This document shows, one piece after another, positions 39,801-54,407 of a stretch of DNA of 64,000 nt; within the stretch, counting starts at the first letter, position 1; every line of letters begins with the position of its first letter. The notes under the pieces are model-generated. The model saw nothing but the letters and a program-made list of their open reading frames with translations. It was not told the DNA's origin and did not search any database. The DNA is taken from NCBI GenBank assembly GCA_951406725.2, contig OX597820.1, positions 90,024,001 through 90,088,000 on the forward strand, read 5' to 3'. This DNA comes from Octopus vulgaris. Lineage: Eukaryota. The position numbers were made by a program, and so were the translations under genes.

Positions 39801-40334
39801 TATATATATACAACATGAATATATATATAAACGAATATGTATTCGTGAATAATTGTGTGCATGTTTAAATACATTAACTGTAATTACATTTCCGCTGAGC
39901 ACATCGGAAAACCTGAGTTAAGAAATCCATTTGGATTTATGATAAGGTAAATCTTTTCAGCGAAGAGGAATTCGGAAGGGAGAGAAAGTACTTTCTTCAT
40001 ATTTGAGGATTCACGATGAGCGGTGACATTTACTGGTGCAGGTTTATGTGTAGTCCTAGACATTATTATGTGTAGTCCATAAGACAAACACGCATCCATT
40101 TGCATGTTTGTATGTTTGCTGGTCAATTGCATGAGGGTTGAATAGATGTTTGTGATTGATGGATTGCTTATGCGGTTATGTATAAGGATGTCTTAGTAAA
40201 TAGTAGTCTTGTGTATATGTATGAGTGTGTTGATATATAATCAGCGTGTATATTTAAAGTGTATGTGTAATTTATGCATGTTTTGGTGCATTTCTGTTAT
40301 TTGTAGATAACTTTATTTATATTTTATTCTTTGG

Positions 40335-40520
40335 CCGCTTCAGGCATTAGACTGGTGCCATGCTGGGGTACCGCCTTGAAAAAATTTTAGTCCAAAGACT
40401 CAACCTAGTACTCATTCTTTCGGTTCCTTTTGTCGAACTGATAAGTCATAGGGACGTAAACACACCAACACCGGCAGTCAAGCGGTAGCACGGGATAAAA
40501 ACAGACAGAAAGACCCGCTC
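40335..40520 (-). mobile_element. SINE family A 3' part
   Basis: ccatgctggggtaccgccttga..gacgtaaacacaccaacaccgg..tcaagcgg. Confidence 0.75.
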
Positions 40521-41053
40521 ACATAGACACACACACACACACACACACATAAATATGTGTGTGAGTGCGTTAGTGAATGAAGTAGGTAAAATCCAGTCTA
40601 CATATGTTTCATAGTTAGTGGAACTTCAGTAGTATTAATTATCCAAACGAGGTGTAGACAGCAAGCTACCAGTCAGGCCAAGACTACCTTGATTACACGA
40701 GTTAACACGCGATCTCTTACATTTCACGTAAGGAAGGTATATTGGGCCTAAAGAGTAGCTTCTGGGCTTTCCCACGTTTTACATAATGATTAGGTCCGAG
40801 GATCCGCTAGCTATGAAACATAGTTATTCGCACATTTACCAACCCTAGTTGCTAACCGTGAAATATAAAATAACCTCTTCTTCAGCTTTTCTTACATGTA
40901 AGGAAAAACTTCACAGCCACCTGCGCCACTGAACCGCTATAGTCACCGAAAGATGATTTTTATATCTACGAACTATTTGAAGTTCACCAACTTCCTACAC
41001 CTTGATACTTGGACCTTACGTTTACATATGTATGTACGTATGTAAGAGAGAAT

Positions 41054-41087
<34 letters not shown>

Positions 41088-41172
41088 GAAAAGCAGAATA
41101 GTACTCAAATATACACACACGCACACAACTTGCTTATAAGTCGGTGTATCTGTGTGTCGTTGTGTTTTTGTT

Positions 41173-41217
<45 letters not shown>

Positions 41218-41502
41218 GTATATATAAAGGCGGTGCTCCAGCATGGCTGCAGTCAAATGACTGTTACAAGTAAAAGTGTAAAGTGTAAGTGTATATGTAT
41301 GTATGTGTGTGTGTAGTTTAGGACAATTAGTAAGTTGTCATAATAGGACTCAGATTTTCAAATATCGGAGCTAAGAGTTACGATGCATTCTCATCGGCTA
41401 TAATGAAAATAGACGCTATAAAAAACCGTTAAATAAAAGGGAAGTTACATATATAAATTCCTCTATTTACCGAATACCAAAGTATCATTCTTTTATGGTC
41501 AT

Positions 41503-41527
41503 TTTATCATTATCATTATCATTATTA

Positions 41528-41571
<44 letters not shown>

Positions 41572-41610
41572 ATTATTATTATTATTATTATTAATATTAT
41601 TACTAATATT

Positions 41611-41684
<74 letters not shown>

Positions 41685-41703
41685 CATTATTATTATTATT
41701 ATT
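41503..41703. repeat. (ATT)n microsatellite
   Basis: Direct. Confidence 0.95.
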
Positions 41704-41741
41704 ACATATGCACATTCACACACACTCACACACACACACAA

Positions 41742-41900
41742 CAAGGCTCTTTCAGTTTCCGTCTATCAATTCTACTCTTCAGGCTTTGGCCGGCCTGAGT
41801 CTGTCGTTGAAGACACTTGCTGAAGGTATCACGCAGTGGGACGGAACCGGAAATCATGTGGTTGGGAAGCAAGCTTCTTACTCCATAGTCAGGCCTACAT
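41742..41900 (-). mobile_element. SINE family A head
   Basis: ttcagtttccgtctatcaa..agacacttgc..gcagtgggacggaaccggaaatcatgtggttggg. Confidence 0.78.
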
Positions 41901-42474
41901 CTGTGTTTATGCTATTGACGTGGTATGAATTATTTTATGTATACGTTAATGTCTTTACGTAACTCTTTGAGTTCGTTGTTTAAGTATCGTGTATGTAATG
42001 CAGAAAATGATGTCTGTATCTTTTGGTGTATTTGTACGTGCGTGTGTATATGTGAATAATCTGAAAAATGGTCGCTGTTTTTGTTATGTGCAGCTGTGTG
42101 TATCATTTCAGAAGTGTATATATAAGTAGTTTTGTGTATACGTATACAGCTGCGAGTGTAAATATATCCTGAGCTTATTGATAATGTGTGTGTGCCTGAG
42201 TGCATGTGTTCAGTGTGTGTATCTAAGACTGTGTGTACTTGTATCATAAATAAATAAATGCGTGCAAGTAGTTGATGATGATTGGAATTGTATGGTCATC
42301 ACTGTGTGCTTAGTTTTATATTGTATATGTATATAAATTCAATAGTATACACCTGTTTACTTTTGTGGCTATATATAGGCAGATGCGAGTGAGTACGTGT
42401 TTCCGCACATGGTTTTGGAAAGTGTGTACATTTGACATTTGCCTAGTACCGCCTACGTGTACATCAAAGTGAGT

Positions 42475-42837
42475 GGAGGCGCAATGGCCCAGTGGTTAGG
42501 GCAGCGGACTCGCGGTCATAGGATCGCGGTTTCGATTCGTTGTGAGTGTTTATTGAGCGAAAACACCTAAAAGCTCCACGATGCTCCGGCAGGGGACGGT
42601 GGTGATCCCTGCTGTACTCTTTCAGCACAACTTTCTCTCACTCTTACTTCCTGTTTCTGTTGTACCTGTATTTCAAGGGCCCGGCCTTGTCACTCTCTGT
42701 GTCACGCTGAATATCCCCGAGAACTACGTGTCTGTGGAGTGCTCAGCCACTTACACGTTAATTTTCACGAGCAGGCTGTTCCGTTGATTCGGATCAACCG
42801 GAACCCTCATCGTCGTAACCGACGGAGTGCTTCCACC
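42475..42837 (+). mobile_element. Full-length tRNA-derived SINE, family C, with 14-bp TSD
   Basis: A box tggcccagtgg, B box-like ggtttcgattc. TSD acatcaaagtgagt (42461-42474) / acatcaatgtgagt (42838-42851). Confidence 0.9.
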
Positions 42838-43494
42838 ACATCAATGTGAGTATACATTTGTTGAATTGCAGTGCATTTTCTGTACGGTGATTCTCATACA
42901 AAATATGGGGCAAGTGTGTGCAGTTATGTTCTGCATGAGCCAAGAGACGATTAATGGTTCAAACTGCTTTTCTGGACTGTAATGTGTGCATATTTAAGAG
43001 TGCAAACGAAGAAAAAATTGGAAACTTAAATCTATTTTTGTGAGCTCAAATCGGAGATATGTGCTGTTTGCTCTTCCTTGATCGAAATTCGAGAGAATGA
43101 GGATTTAAGTAAAATCGAAAGCAGAAGTGTGGCAAGTCATATATATCGTTGAGTAGCTGTGATATGTGATAGGTGATTCATTGTCAAATTGGATGTCGTT
43201 ATGATGTGAATGTATTTACTAATCTCTGGCCAGTTCACCTAATATAAAGCGATCTACTTGCATCTTCTTAATGAAAGTAGTTTCCAGCTATATTGTCTAC
43301 ATTTTCTAATTTTCAGTTCTCGTTCTCAATTTTATACCCATGACTAACATTTTCAATCTTTTGAACTATATCTCACTTTATCCTTTTGCTCCTTCTAACA
43401 CTTGCTTATTATGGAACATACACTTTGTAAACTGTTGAAAGATTGCTTTCTCACTCTTAAACTCTATTCATATGAACACTCCATTCTTTTACAG

Positions 43495-43516
43495 AACTCG
43501 CATCTTCCTTCATCAG
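43495..43516 (+). other. Candidate 22-nt micro-exon
   Basis: ccattcttttacag|aactcgcatcttccttcatcag|gtaagt: consensus acceptor and donor in non-repetitive DNA. No transcript evidence. Confidence 0.3.
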
Positions 43517-43979
43517 GTAAGTTGTTGCAATATATCACTGAAGTAGCTATGTGAATCAGAATGAGCCACAGCTGCTGTACTAAATAAACTCATTAGCTGC
43601 GTTGAGGCTCGATATGATTATCTCTTTGAAATCAAAGAGATAAACGACAACAGTGGGCACCTGCTTCGAAACTTCCATCTTGTATATGCTTATTATACAT
43701 TTACATTTATACGAAAAACTTTGTGTACTTGCTTGCATGAGTAAATACCCAGCTGAAAATCTAGACAGGCTAAGGTTTAAAAAAAAAGAAACCAACAAAC
43801 TTGCACATTATATATGCACTCTGTAATTGAAACAGTATAAATATGAAAGACTTCTGTGAACTTTAAAATGTGACACTATTTTTCATATCTACATTTAAAC
43901 GATGGATTTTTTAATCTTTGTTAGAAGGCAGCTCCTTTTCCAGAGGAATATTTCAAATACTGAAAAGCAGAATAGTATA

Positions 43980-43983
<4 letters not shown>

Positions 43984-44056
<73 letters not shown>
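43984..44056. repeat. (CA)n microsatellite
   Basis: Direct. Confidence 0.95.
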
Positions 44057-44059
<3 letters not shown>

Positions 44060-44904
44060 TGCTTGTATATAGGTCGGTGTATCTGTGTCGTTCTGTTTTT
44101 GTGTATGCATATGTACTCACGCGCAATATGTCTGCATTTGTGTCTTTATCCATTTTTAGTTTTACACTTGCCTGATACCAGTGTTTATATCTTGATATTT
44201 TACAATTCATTACTTAGTGGTCGTGAGAAAAGGCAGAAAGACTAAGTGCCAAGTAGAAATCTATAATGGTGTCGTTTAAAAAAAATCGTTCGTCCAGTGG
44301 AATTATTGAAAGCAGCATAAAAATTAATAGATTACTTTATCGTATTTGAAAATATTTCATTTAATATTCTGGTTTAAAATTCCTTACTTTGTATATTACT
44401 TATATTCTATTTTGTTGTAAGCTTTATATATATATTTTTTCATCAAAATGAACTTAATCAATCAAATTTCAGCTAAAGTAATTTAATAGATGTTACATCT
44501 GTACTGTTTTAATGTATATTATTTATGTATGTAAGTATGTAGTTGTTACGTATGTACGTATATAACTATATATTTATGTAATTGTGTATGTTGTATGTGT
44601 GTGTATCAAATTTCTGCAATTAGAGGTAATTTCTTTCTTTGTTAAGAGGATGTAAAAACAATATTTTTCATTATTCTAGAAGCGATTAATCAGTTAAGCG
44701 GTCGTCTGAATTTCAGCATGAATCGATTAAAATCTTGTAACAAATGTATTCTTGTTTCAACTGGATAGCTTCGTGATGGAAACTATACGCCTATTGTTAA
44801 AATAATCAAAAACAAATTTAAAATCCCATTTCCATCTTACCATCGCTGAATATAATAATGTTGAGATTATAGGAAAATAGAATCAAGTTGGTATAGTTTC
44901 TCAG

Positions 44905-45121
44905 AGGCGGCGAGCTGGCAGAAACGTTAGCACAGCCGTATTTCGTCTGCCGTTACGCTGTGAGTTCGAATTCCGCCGAGGTCGACTTTGTCTTTCACCC
45001 TTTCGGGGTCGATAAATCAAGTACCAGTTAGGCACTAGGGTCGATGTAATCGACTTAATCCGTTTGTCTGTTCTTATTTGTCCATTCTGTGTTTGGCCCC
45101 TTGTGGGTAGTCAAGAAATAA
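44905..45121 (+). mobile_element. tRNA-derived SINE, family B (Meta-domain-like centre), with 14-bp TSD
   Basis: A box agctggcagaa, B box gagttcgaattc, centre gtcgactttgtctttcaccctttcggggtcgataaa. TSD gtatagtttctcag (44891-44904) / gtaaagtttctcag (45122-45135). Confidence 0.9.
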
Positions 45122-46888
45122 GTAAAGTTTCTCAGTTACTGCTACATTACTTGTATTGTCAGCATTTAGTTTGCAGTAGGTGGTGGTACGTAGTCTCTGT
45201 GTAGGTCATATTTGATCAATGAGATCAACACTTGAGGCGTGTCTCTTGATGGTTGAGAACTGCAGAAAAACATACAGAAAACAAGAGCAGGGAAGATATA
45301 TAAGTGACCTGACGATCATATTATCTGAGTAGAAAAGAGAGAGTTTGTGCTGTGGGATCAACGGGACCGGTACAATATGGGTAACAAGATTAAAGGAAAT
45401 GCGTGAGTGTGAAGAACTAAATTAGAAGTGACACAGAACATATCAAGAGAGCACCTCTCACTATAATTATGGAGAAACAGTATAAGTTTCGGGGTGTCTT
45501 GGTGAGGGACTTCATAAAATTATGGCTGTCACATGCCGTTTTTTATGCGGTCTAGGACGGTTTTTACCTAGTGTAAAACCATCGCCGGAGATGTGAGAGA
45601 GGGGCTATAAATATTGCAATACCAACATTTCCAATCAGAACTATACGGCAAAATAGAGATACCAGGTAGAAAGTAAAAGAAAAAAAAAGAACGCAGAATG
45701 CTTGTCAGTGATTGAAGCAATTAACAATCAATTAATAATGACTTCTAATTATTTTTACATAGATTAGAAATATTTTGCTATATTCATTAGAACTGCTATT
45801 TATTTGTTTATATTATATCTTCTCTCTTGTTGTTGTGAAACTTGTATCATTCAAATTTACTGGTTCATACAATTTTATAATATCATAAGATAATAAATTC
45901 GATAATAAGGAATGTGTGTCCTCTATGAATATCTAATATCTCTGCTTCGAGGAATGTCAGTTCGATAGATTTCCAATACGGCCTAATAAATATGGAAAGT
46001 ACAGCCATTATCTACGAAGCCCTTCATCATAACCACAAGTGAGACAAAATTAGAGGGATGCTTCAACCATGTGTTGTTCAATTTAGTGAAGGACTTGGCC
46101 AATCAGTAGTGAATCTTGTCTCACGGCCATACAATATCTATTATCTGTCAAAAGTGAGCTGAGTGGAGAGGTTTCGGTTCATGGAATAGTCAGATGCATT
46201 GAATGCCTAGAGTCACAGACGGCTTTAAGAATCTCAAGTAGTTTAAACATTCAATTGAAATTACTTATCGCATTTACTTTCGTTCCATCATTCGTTTATT
46301 TCTGTCATATTTGTTTTCTCTTACGCACATTTTTTTTTTATCTAATTTCTTTAAAGATAGTTTCCTCTCCACTCCACAAAGATTTCTAACAATATGAATA
46401 AACAACTAAATCTAATAATAATATTTCACATCAAGTTGGAAAATTTATTTTCTTTTGAGTGTTTTCTTAATAGAATAATATTGTATATTTTCTGTTTATC
46501 ACTCTCATTTCTAAATTGCAACGTAATGTCCAGGGTTAAAAATGATTTCAAGGATGTGTATATGTATATAATGCAATGCACGTATAAACACACATATACA
46601 CAAACACACGCGCGCGCGCGAATTCATGCATACTAATACACTAGTACACAGACATATATATGTGTGTGTATGTATTCGTATGAATATATATCTTAGCTTA
46701 GAAAAAAAAGCATCCTCAGTTGTCTGTCTACGGAACTTTACGTTTTGAGTTCTAATTTGTTACAGACCTGCTTTGCCTTTATATTCTCAAAATTGATAAC
46801 TTAAGATATCAGTCGTTAAAATGTGTTCTGGCGACAAGCTCTTTAATATACCCCAGTAAGTTCTCAGGCTAATTACCTATGCGAACAA

Positions 46889-47012
<124 letters not shown>

Positions 47013-48434
47013 TGTTATGAGCATATCATTTTACGGCAAAATGTGGTTTATAGTAGTGTGATGTACACGCCCATGCATGTGTCTGCGTGTGTAACTGTAC
47101 ACATAAGTGTGCGGGGATAAACGGTACAGCTAAGAAACTACGTGGTCATTGGTTCAATCCCACTGAGTGGTATATAAGGAAGTGGCTACTCCATTATCGC
47201 AGTGATTGAAACACGACAAACAGGACAGTATGTAGAAGTCTGTTTCCTGTTTGTTGGCGGGGTGGGAGTTTGGTACCGTCACCTACCTTGTTGAAATGTT
47301 GGCGGAGCTCATCCTGTAGCAAGCATTCTGTCCAGATCTCTCACCAGTAGATAATATAATACATTCTGCACAACAACCTTGCATACCCAGAAGAATGTTA
47401 CAGCTGCAATCCTTCTTTCCCCAACTATACTACCGTAAATATTTAATCAGTCAAAAAAGTCACCGACGTTGTTTTATTGTATTTCTACTGACGTCTTATT
47501 CGTAAAATATCTTATGAATTCCAAATGAATTAAAAGTCAATTTCGTGTGCATAAACTGTTGATATCCATATACATTAACGTTAATATCTTTGATGGAAAT
47601 ATCGTATAGAAGGTACAGGCAGAACAGTAAATATTACCTTGTTAATGTAAGTTAGTGTTTTTCTGTATGTGACACTACCCTGACTTGTATACGACACAGA
47701 AAAAGTGAATACAATTGCTCTGGTTAATGTCGACGCCATTAAACAAAATGAAGCGTTCATATATTCTTTCATATCAAACTGAGATGATCGTTAATTTATT
47801 CGGAAAGCTGCTTCTTTGTTAATTATATACATATTCTTTAAAAAAAATCACGTAGATCACATATCACAGAATACATTTATGTTTAGAGAATACTATCCTG
47901 ACATTAGAAGAGAAAGTATCATAATTTCGTTTCATATTGTCTATTTTGGATAAGTAAAGTTAATTTCTTATATATATTTAATGACCTATACTACCCCCAT
48001 TTAATAAATATATCTCAGTTTCACTCAACTACGTTATGATCCAATCTTTTACACAGATGTTTTGTCTATTTCGAATAAAATTTTCTTTAAGAGATGATCA
48101 TTTTAATGTAGATAATACTTGGCAATTTTATCTGTATTAGTATGTGGAATGCGGCCGTCCTGATGCACCTACTTGAAGGTATTTATTCGAGCATAAATTC
48201 GTCGGTAGTCATATTGATTTCATTATACGTTTATGGATTTGTACGTATTTTTACGTTGCCACTGTTTGATATAAAATGACCTTACTCGTCGCAATCATTT
48301 ATAAAGGCTTATACCAGATATGCACTTGCCCATACATATTACATACAGACAAACAATTATACTTAGAAACACATAGACGCATACATTCAATATCCAGATA
48401 CACGCATATATTTCTGTGCGTAATATATACGAAC

Positions 48435-48453
48435 ACACAGACACAGACACACG

Positions 48454-48530
<77 letters not shown>

Positions 48531-48535
48531 ATATA

Positions 48536-48594
<59 letters not shown>

Positions 48595-48632
48595 ATATAC
48601 ATACACTGTTTGTGTCGATGTCTGTGTATCTA

Positions 48633-48673
<41 letters not shown>

Positions 48674-48685
48674 CTATCTATCTAG

Positions 48686-48759
<74 letters not shown>

Positions 48760-48760
48760 C
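48435..48760. repeat. Compound (CA)/(TA)/(TG)/(TATC)/(TC) microsatellite
   Basis: Direct. Confidence 0.95.
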
Positions 48761-49199
48761 AGCAAAACAGGAGACACCGGAAGGGACAACTTTTAAAATA
48801 TGTTACGCTAGTGTTATGAGAAAGAGTCTCGATTCTTGACGCCTTGAACGATTGTTCTACGCCAAGAGAAATAAAATAATGAATTGATTTGGTGAGAATG
48901 ATAAAACGTATGAGAAAATGTTTGGAAAAAACGTTAGGCTCGATGTGGGAATGCAGTTCTACGAGTAAGTTAAGAAGTGTGGAGGAGATGTGTTGGAGTT
49001 TTCATTTATAGAAGTGTAAATGTGAATAGAAATAGGCATAGAGGAGACGGTGTGTCTGTGGTTCTATGGGATGTGTGTACGTGAGACGTGCACGAGTGTG
49101 GGAATGTAGCATCCTGAAATAGTGTGAGTAGATAAATTGAAGTTGTAAGCGTATGAATGTGAGAGCAATGCGTAAAGATATGCCAGGCAATGCGTAGCT

Positions 49200-50160
49200 A
49201 CATGCCAGGCAAGTTCTTTCCAACTTGTTTTCTCCCAAACGTTGAACGAGGGTATTGAACCTTGGTTAGAGATGTGAATTATCTGTACTTCTTTTCATAT
49301 TTTTTTATGATCTGGATTGACATGCGAAGCCGTTGTCGAAATCGTATTAGAATCTATGGGTGTAGGATCGGATGGCTGATATTTGTAAAGGGCAAGGTGG
49401 TACTTGACTAATCAGGAGCTGATCTCTGGCATACATTGAATCGGTTTGAAACGAATGCTGCAAGTGCAGGATAGGAATTAGTGTTGTGAAGACTAAGACA
49501 TTAGTCCTTTCAAGAAACCTGTCCGAAAGCACTCTTCATGATAGTGGAACATCAATGAGAGAAGTGAATAAGTTAAATATCACGGAGCGGTATTTGCGAG
49601 TGATGGAGAACATGTGGTAGAATTAGAACAAATGCTGAAGCAGTAATACACCCGCTCCAGTTTTTGATCCTCAGAAAAGAAGTCGGTAAAAAAACCAAAC
49701 TCGCTGCCTTCGATTCGGTTTTCGTGCCTATCCTCACATACGCTCATCACTGTTGGGTAATAACGGAATAAGCATCACCGTGAATATAAACAACTGAAAC
49801 AGGTTTCTTTCGAAGGATCTTTGGAATAATGTCTCTCGACAGCTTGCGTAGCTCGGATATCAGAGTATCGATCGAGGCCGAACTTAATGATTCCCGTCGT
49901 TGATCAGTGATAACTCCGGTGCTATGGGCATGGAACTAAAATATCACAGAAACGAATTGTGAGACGGATGGTGGAAGCCATGCTGGCTGGCAGGAAACTT
50001 ATAAATAGACTAAGAACCAGACGATTGGATAGTATGCATAATATCAGTTAGTCGCGCCTGGAAATCCGGTCGAAAAATCTAATGTTGGTTGTTTCTAACA
50101 GGACCTGTAATGGAGGTCTCTGATGATTTTATCCTCACGTCCTTCCCAGGAATAGTGGCA
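49200..50160 (+). mobile_element. Decayed RTE-clade LINE (RT C-terminal half)
   Basis: KTKLAAFDSVFVPILTYAHHCWVITE..ETGFFRRIFG..DSLRSSDIR, then RCYGH and RLRTRRLD (cf. RTE LRWFGH, GRPRTRW). Confidence 0.8.
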
Positions 50161-52718
50161 AAGTCATTTTCTACAATTAATACATCCAAAATAGATATTC
50201 ACGTCAATTTTATTTTTCACACGTTTGTATATTTTTTGGAGGGAGTAATAAATTTCAAATCAGTTTGATTTAAGAAATTAATGCAGCTATGAATATAGCA
50301 CATTTTCCTGTCATGGAGATGGCTGGTGGGAAATGAATAATATTGTTAATTCTCGTAGAAATGCTCCTTATCTCCTTAATTTATCAATCAAGTTAGATAA
50401 CTTGACAATTACAGCGGAAAAGTTTTCTAGTTGAAAACTGTTAATTTCATAACAGACATGCACGTTTTACTCTCTCATTCATAATTCAAGCCATTCATGT
50501 ATAGAATTCGGATGATTCTACCCATTAACTTGCGTAAACATACATACTTTATGAAGTCAATTGCGAGAAATTAATTTTTTCTGACCTCTTAAGTCATTCA
50601 GGCAACTTCAAATATACTCTAATACAAATCCATCAGCAGAATTTCGAATCACTTTCGATAAATGTTACAATTTTAAGCCCTCGTTTTTTCCTTTCGCATT
50701 TGCAACTGAGCAAAATATTATTTCAATTTTAGGCTTTATAAAGTCTCTCACCCAAAACTTACAACTTCATGGAACGATAATTTCAACAAACGATAAGGTT
50801 CACACTTCCTTTTCAATTTCGTATTTTGAAATACACACGCAAGTGCACACACACAAATACACACAAAAGCTCATACTCGAATTTTTTCACAAGCCCCATT
50901 TATAAAAAGAAATTATGTATACTCTGTTTCGTGTAGCTGCGGCCCTAGTATAAAAGAACAACATTTCATAGAGGCCAAATAAAATGAACACTTCAAACTG
51001 CAATTTCTGGAACCCACCTAATTTTCTACTTGACCAGACAGGCATGTTTCGTTTAGTTCACTGCGAAGCAAGGTCATTTCTATTTCGCCAAATAGAGGAA
51101 TAAAGAACCAAACCAAATGAAAAATACATTGAACTGCACAAGCGACTTCAAAGGGAAGAAGCTTAAGTCGCTTCTTTGAAATTAGCTACTCACTGTAACT
51201 CTGACTCTATTTTTTATGAAATAAGTTTCCTCAACTTGACTAAATACGATGCCTTAGCACATTCCACATATTTATTTTCAAAGATCAAATCTATTTCTTC
51301 CAATTTCTTCTTTCTACCACTGACCCATAATTTGTTCTCAATAGAATTACTATTGAGCATACTTATTTATAGAAAATATGTTCCGGATGAGAATGTTGGC
51401 TGTTAATTCGGAATTTTCTGACATTTTTCTAGTTATACAGATAGAATAAAGAACATAAAGAAAACAGGTTCCATCACGTATCCGCACGTTTGTATGAAAG
51501 ATTAGTCCTGCCGAAGATATGTACGAAAGGTTGCTGTATACGGGTATCTGAGATCATAGAAAGTCTTAATCAAAAGTTAGCAGAAATTTTAAAAAATAAA
51601 AAAACAAAAACCAAAAACAAAAGTGAATGGGTGATGAATTGGAAGGCAATCATTCTGAAGGTCCGTTATATCTATATAATTCATAGTGATCTGATAACCC
51701 CCACGAAACGAAAATTCGATATCAAAGTTGACATGATAGTCTCGAATACTAAAGAAATTGTATGCCTCATAGTGCGCTACCAGGAACACTGAACACCAAA
51801 ACAGCTTTCTTTTCATGTTGTATCATGTTTCGATATTCACTTTAATATTTGAAATTTGGATTTCATTTTGACATAACTTTGCCATTGCATCATCTCATCC
51901 TTGATATACGAGGCTCAATTTCCCATTTCTATTTTTCAGTATCAAACGGTTCATTCATTGAATTACCCACTACTAGTGCTTTTTTCAATAATGTGGGCTA
52001 CGCAGAAATAGATTTTCTAATTTATAAGAACAGATATGCACAACGAACCAAACCGTTAGCTATCAACCATTACAATTCACCACTTGTCGCGTCTTCCCTC
52101 TGTTTTGTAATTCCCGACGAAGACATTCTCGGATATACTGTGCTGACATTATCCGTTCTGCCAGTTCTTTATTGTCATCAATATATCGTCCAGTCGTTCA
52201 AGTAAATTTTTCCTCTTATTTACTGTTACAGGATGTAATCTCTTTATTCTTCAGCCTGGTAGATTTTATGATATATCGACGAGAATTAGAGGTTTGTAAA
52301 ATGCCTAAGTATTGTACGTACATGTCTGTGTATGTGTACATTAAAGAGTATGCATATACCTATATGCATGCATATATACCTTCAGAGACATATATGCATA
52401 TCTATCTACATATCTAACTTTAGGAAGAAGACCTGTCCGCAACTGTTCTTCTGTTTCCAGTTGGAAAAGAATGGTCTTCTCCTTAATGGTACGTTGATGT
52501 TGGCGAATTGTCTACTGCCTGAAATTATATCCTTTTCGCATTGAGGATAAGTTGCAAATGGTGGAATTGTAGTTATATGTTTTTGTCCAGAAGTTAGATG
52601 GAATGAATCAGTAAGTTATAGCGTATGCCATATAAAATGCCTTCCCTCATTTCTATTGAATTTGTCTATCTATGTGTGTGTATGTATGTATGTATTTATG
52701 TATGTATATAAATATATA

Positions 52719-53065
<347 letters not shown>

Positions 53066-53957
53066 GAAACACACACACACACACACACACATACACACAT
53101 ACACACACACGCACACACATGTATATATGAGTATGATGAAAACTTTCGTAATTGAAAGTAAGGTGCTCTCAACGTTTGTGATTTTATTTACTGCAAAATG
53201 TTAGTGAAAATAAACTTGCAGCTGTCAGTATTAATCAAACATATCTAAATTATAAGAGATGATTCTTTTACCATTTGAAATTCTTCTACACAGTCTCTTT
53301 TAGAAAAACGGATGCTGTGATTAAGCATGTTGATTTTGCACTTTAAATGAAAAACGGATTTCATGTCAAAGGAAAAGTTATTTCATACCACCTCATGCAA
53401 CATTTGTGAGATCCTTAATGTTAAAATATCGAATGCTGTTTTATGATTTTTACCCACAGATAATTTTCTTTAACTCCAATATTAATTAATAAAATCTGAT
53501 GCTTCCTTTTTTCCAATTGGAATAAATACACAACATGATAAACGGAAGCAAATATATCCAGACTTAATCACTTTTTTTAAACATGCATCTTCATTCCTGA
53601 TCTAGAACCGTATGATTTAAGTATTCTCTCAGTATCCCTAGTCTGTTAACACAAATGCGGTTCCTGATTGTAATAATTCAGCAAACAACCATTTCTAACA
53701 GAAATGATGCTGAATCTTCCACGGCATGATGACAGAGCAATTAGTTCACGCTTTCAAATACTTACATTTTCAGCATGGTTAGTTTTTAATAATTCTTCAC
53801 GAAATTCTCTGAGTGGGTTTTGCAACTTAGAGAAGGCGTTTATTGAACATTTTCTACGTTTCCTGCAAAATCTTTCTGTACTTACAAAAAGTGTAAGAAG
53901 TGTGGTGTGAAACATTGAGACTAACAAACTGGATAATCACACTTTCGATCTATACTG

Positions 53958-54135
53958 TGGCGGTGGGCTTGCACAATCGTTGGTATGCCGGGAACAATGC
54001 TGGCATGCTGGGTTCAAATACCGCCGTGGTCATCTTTGTCTTTCATCCTCGCAGGGTCCATAAAATAAGTACCAGATGTAACCAACTTAGCCACTCCGAC
54101 GAAATTGCTAGCCTTGTGCCACAATCTGAAACCAA
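53958..54135 (+). mobile_element. SINE family B, decayed
   Basis: gggttcaaataccgcc..ctttgtctttcatcctcgcagggtccataaaataagtaccag. Confidence 0.7.
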
Positions 54136-54354
54136 TATTCCAATTTGCACTACTTCAAAGAATGAAGAATGCACACTTTGCTCTGATATTATGTATCTTA
54201 CTAAAGAACCTCTATTGTACAAACGGTTCCACTAGCATAAACAAAATGCGAAGCCACCGAAAATATTCAAAACATCGCATAGCATATAATTTACTAAATT
54301 TGAAGGTTGCAAAATTATCGAATATTTGTATCACAGTTTCAAAATATATTTGTT

Positions 54355-54407
<53 letters not shown>

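Noticed and set aside
42475-42546. tRNA gene
   Set aside because: A and B boxes are present but there is no cloverleaf or acceptor stem; it is a SINE head with a TSD.
51440-51800. Possible RLE endonuclease remnant (..KVDMIVSNTKEIVCLIV)
   Set aside because: Similarity too weak without a profile search.
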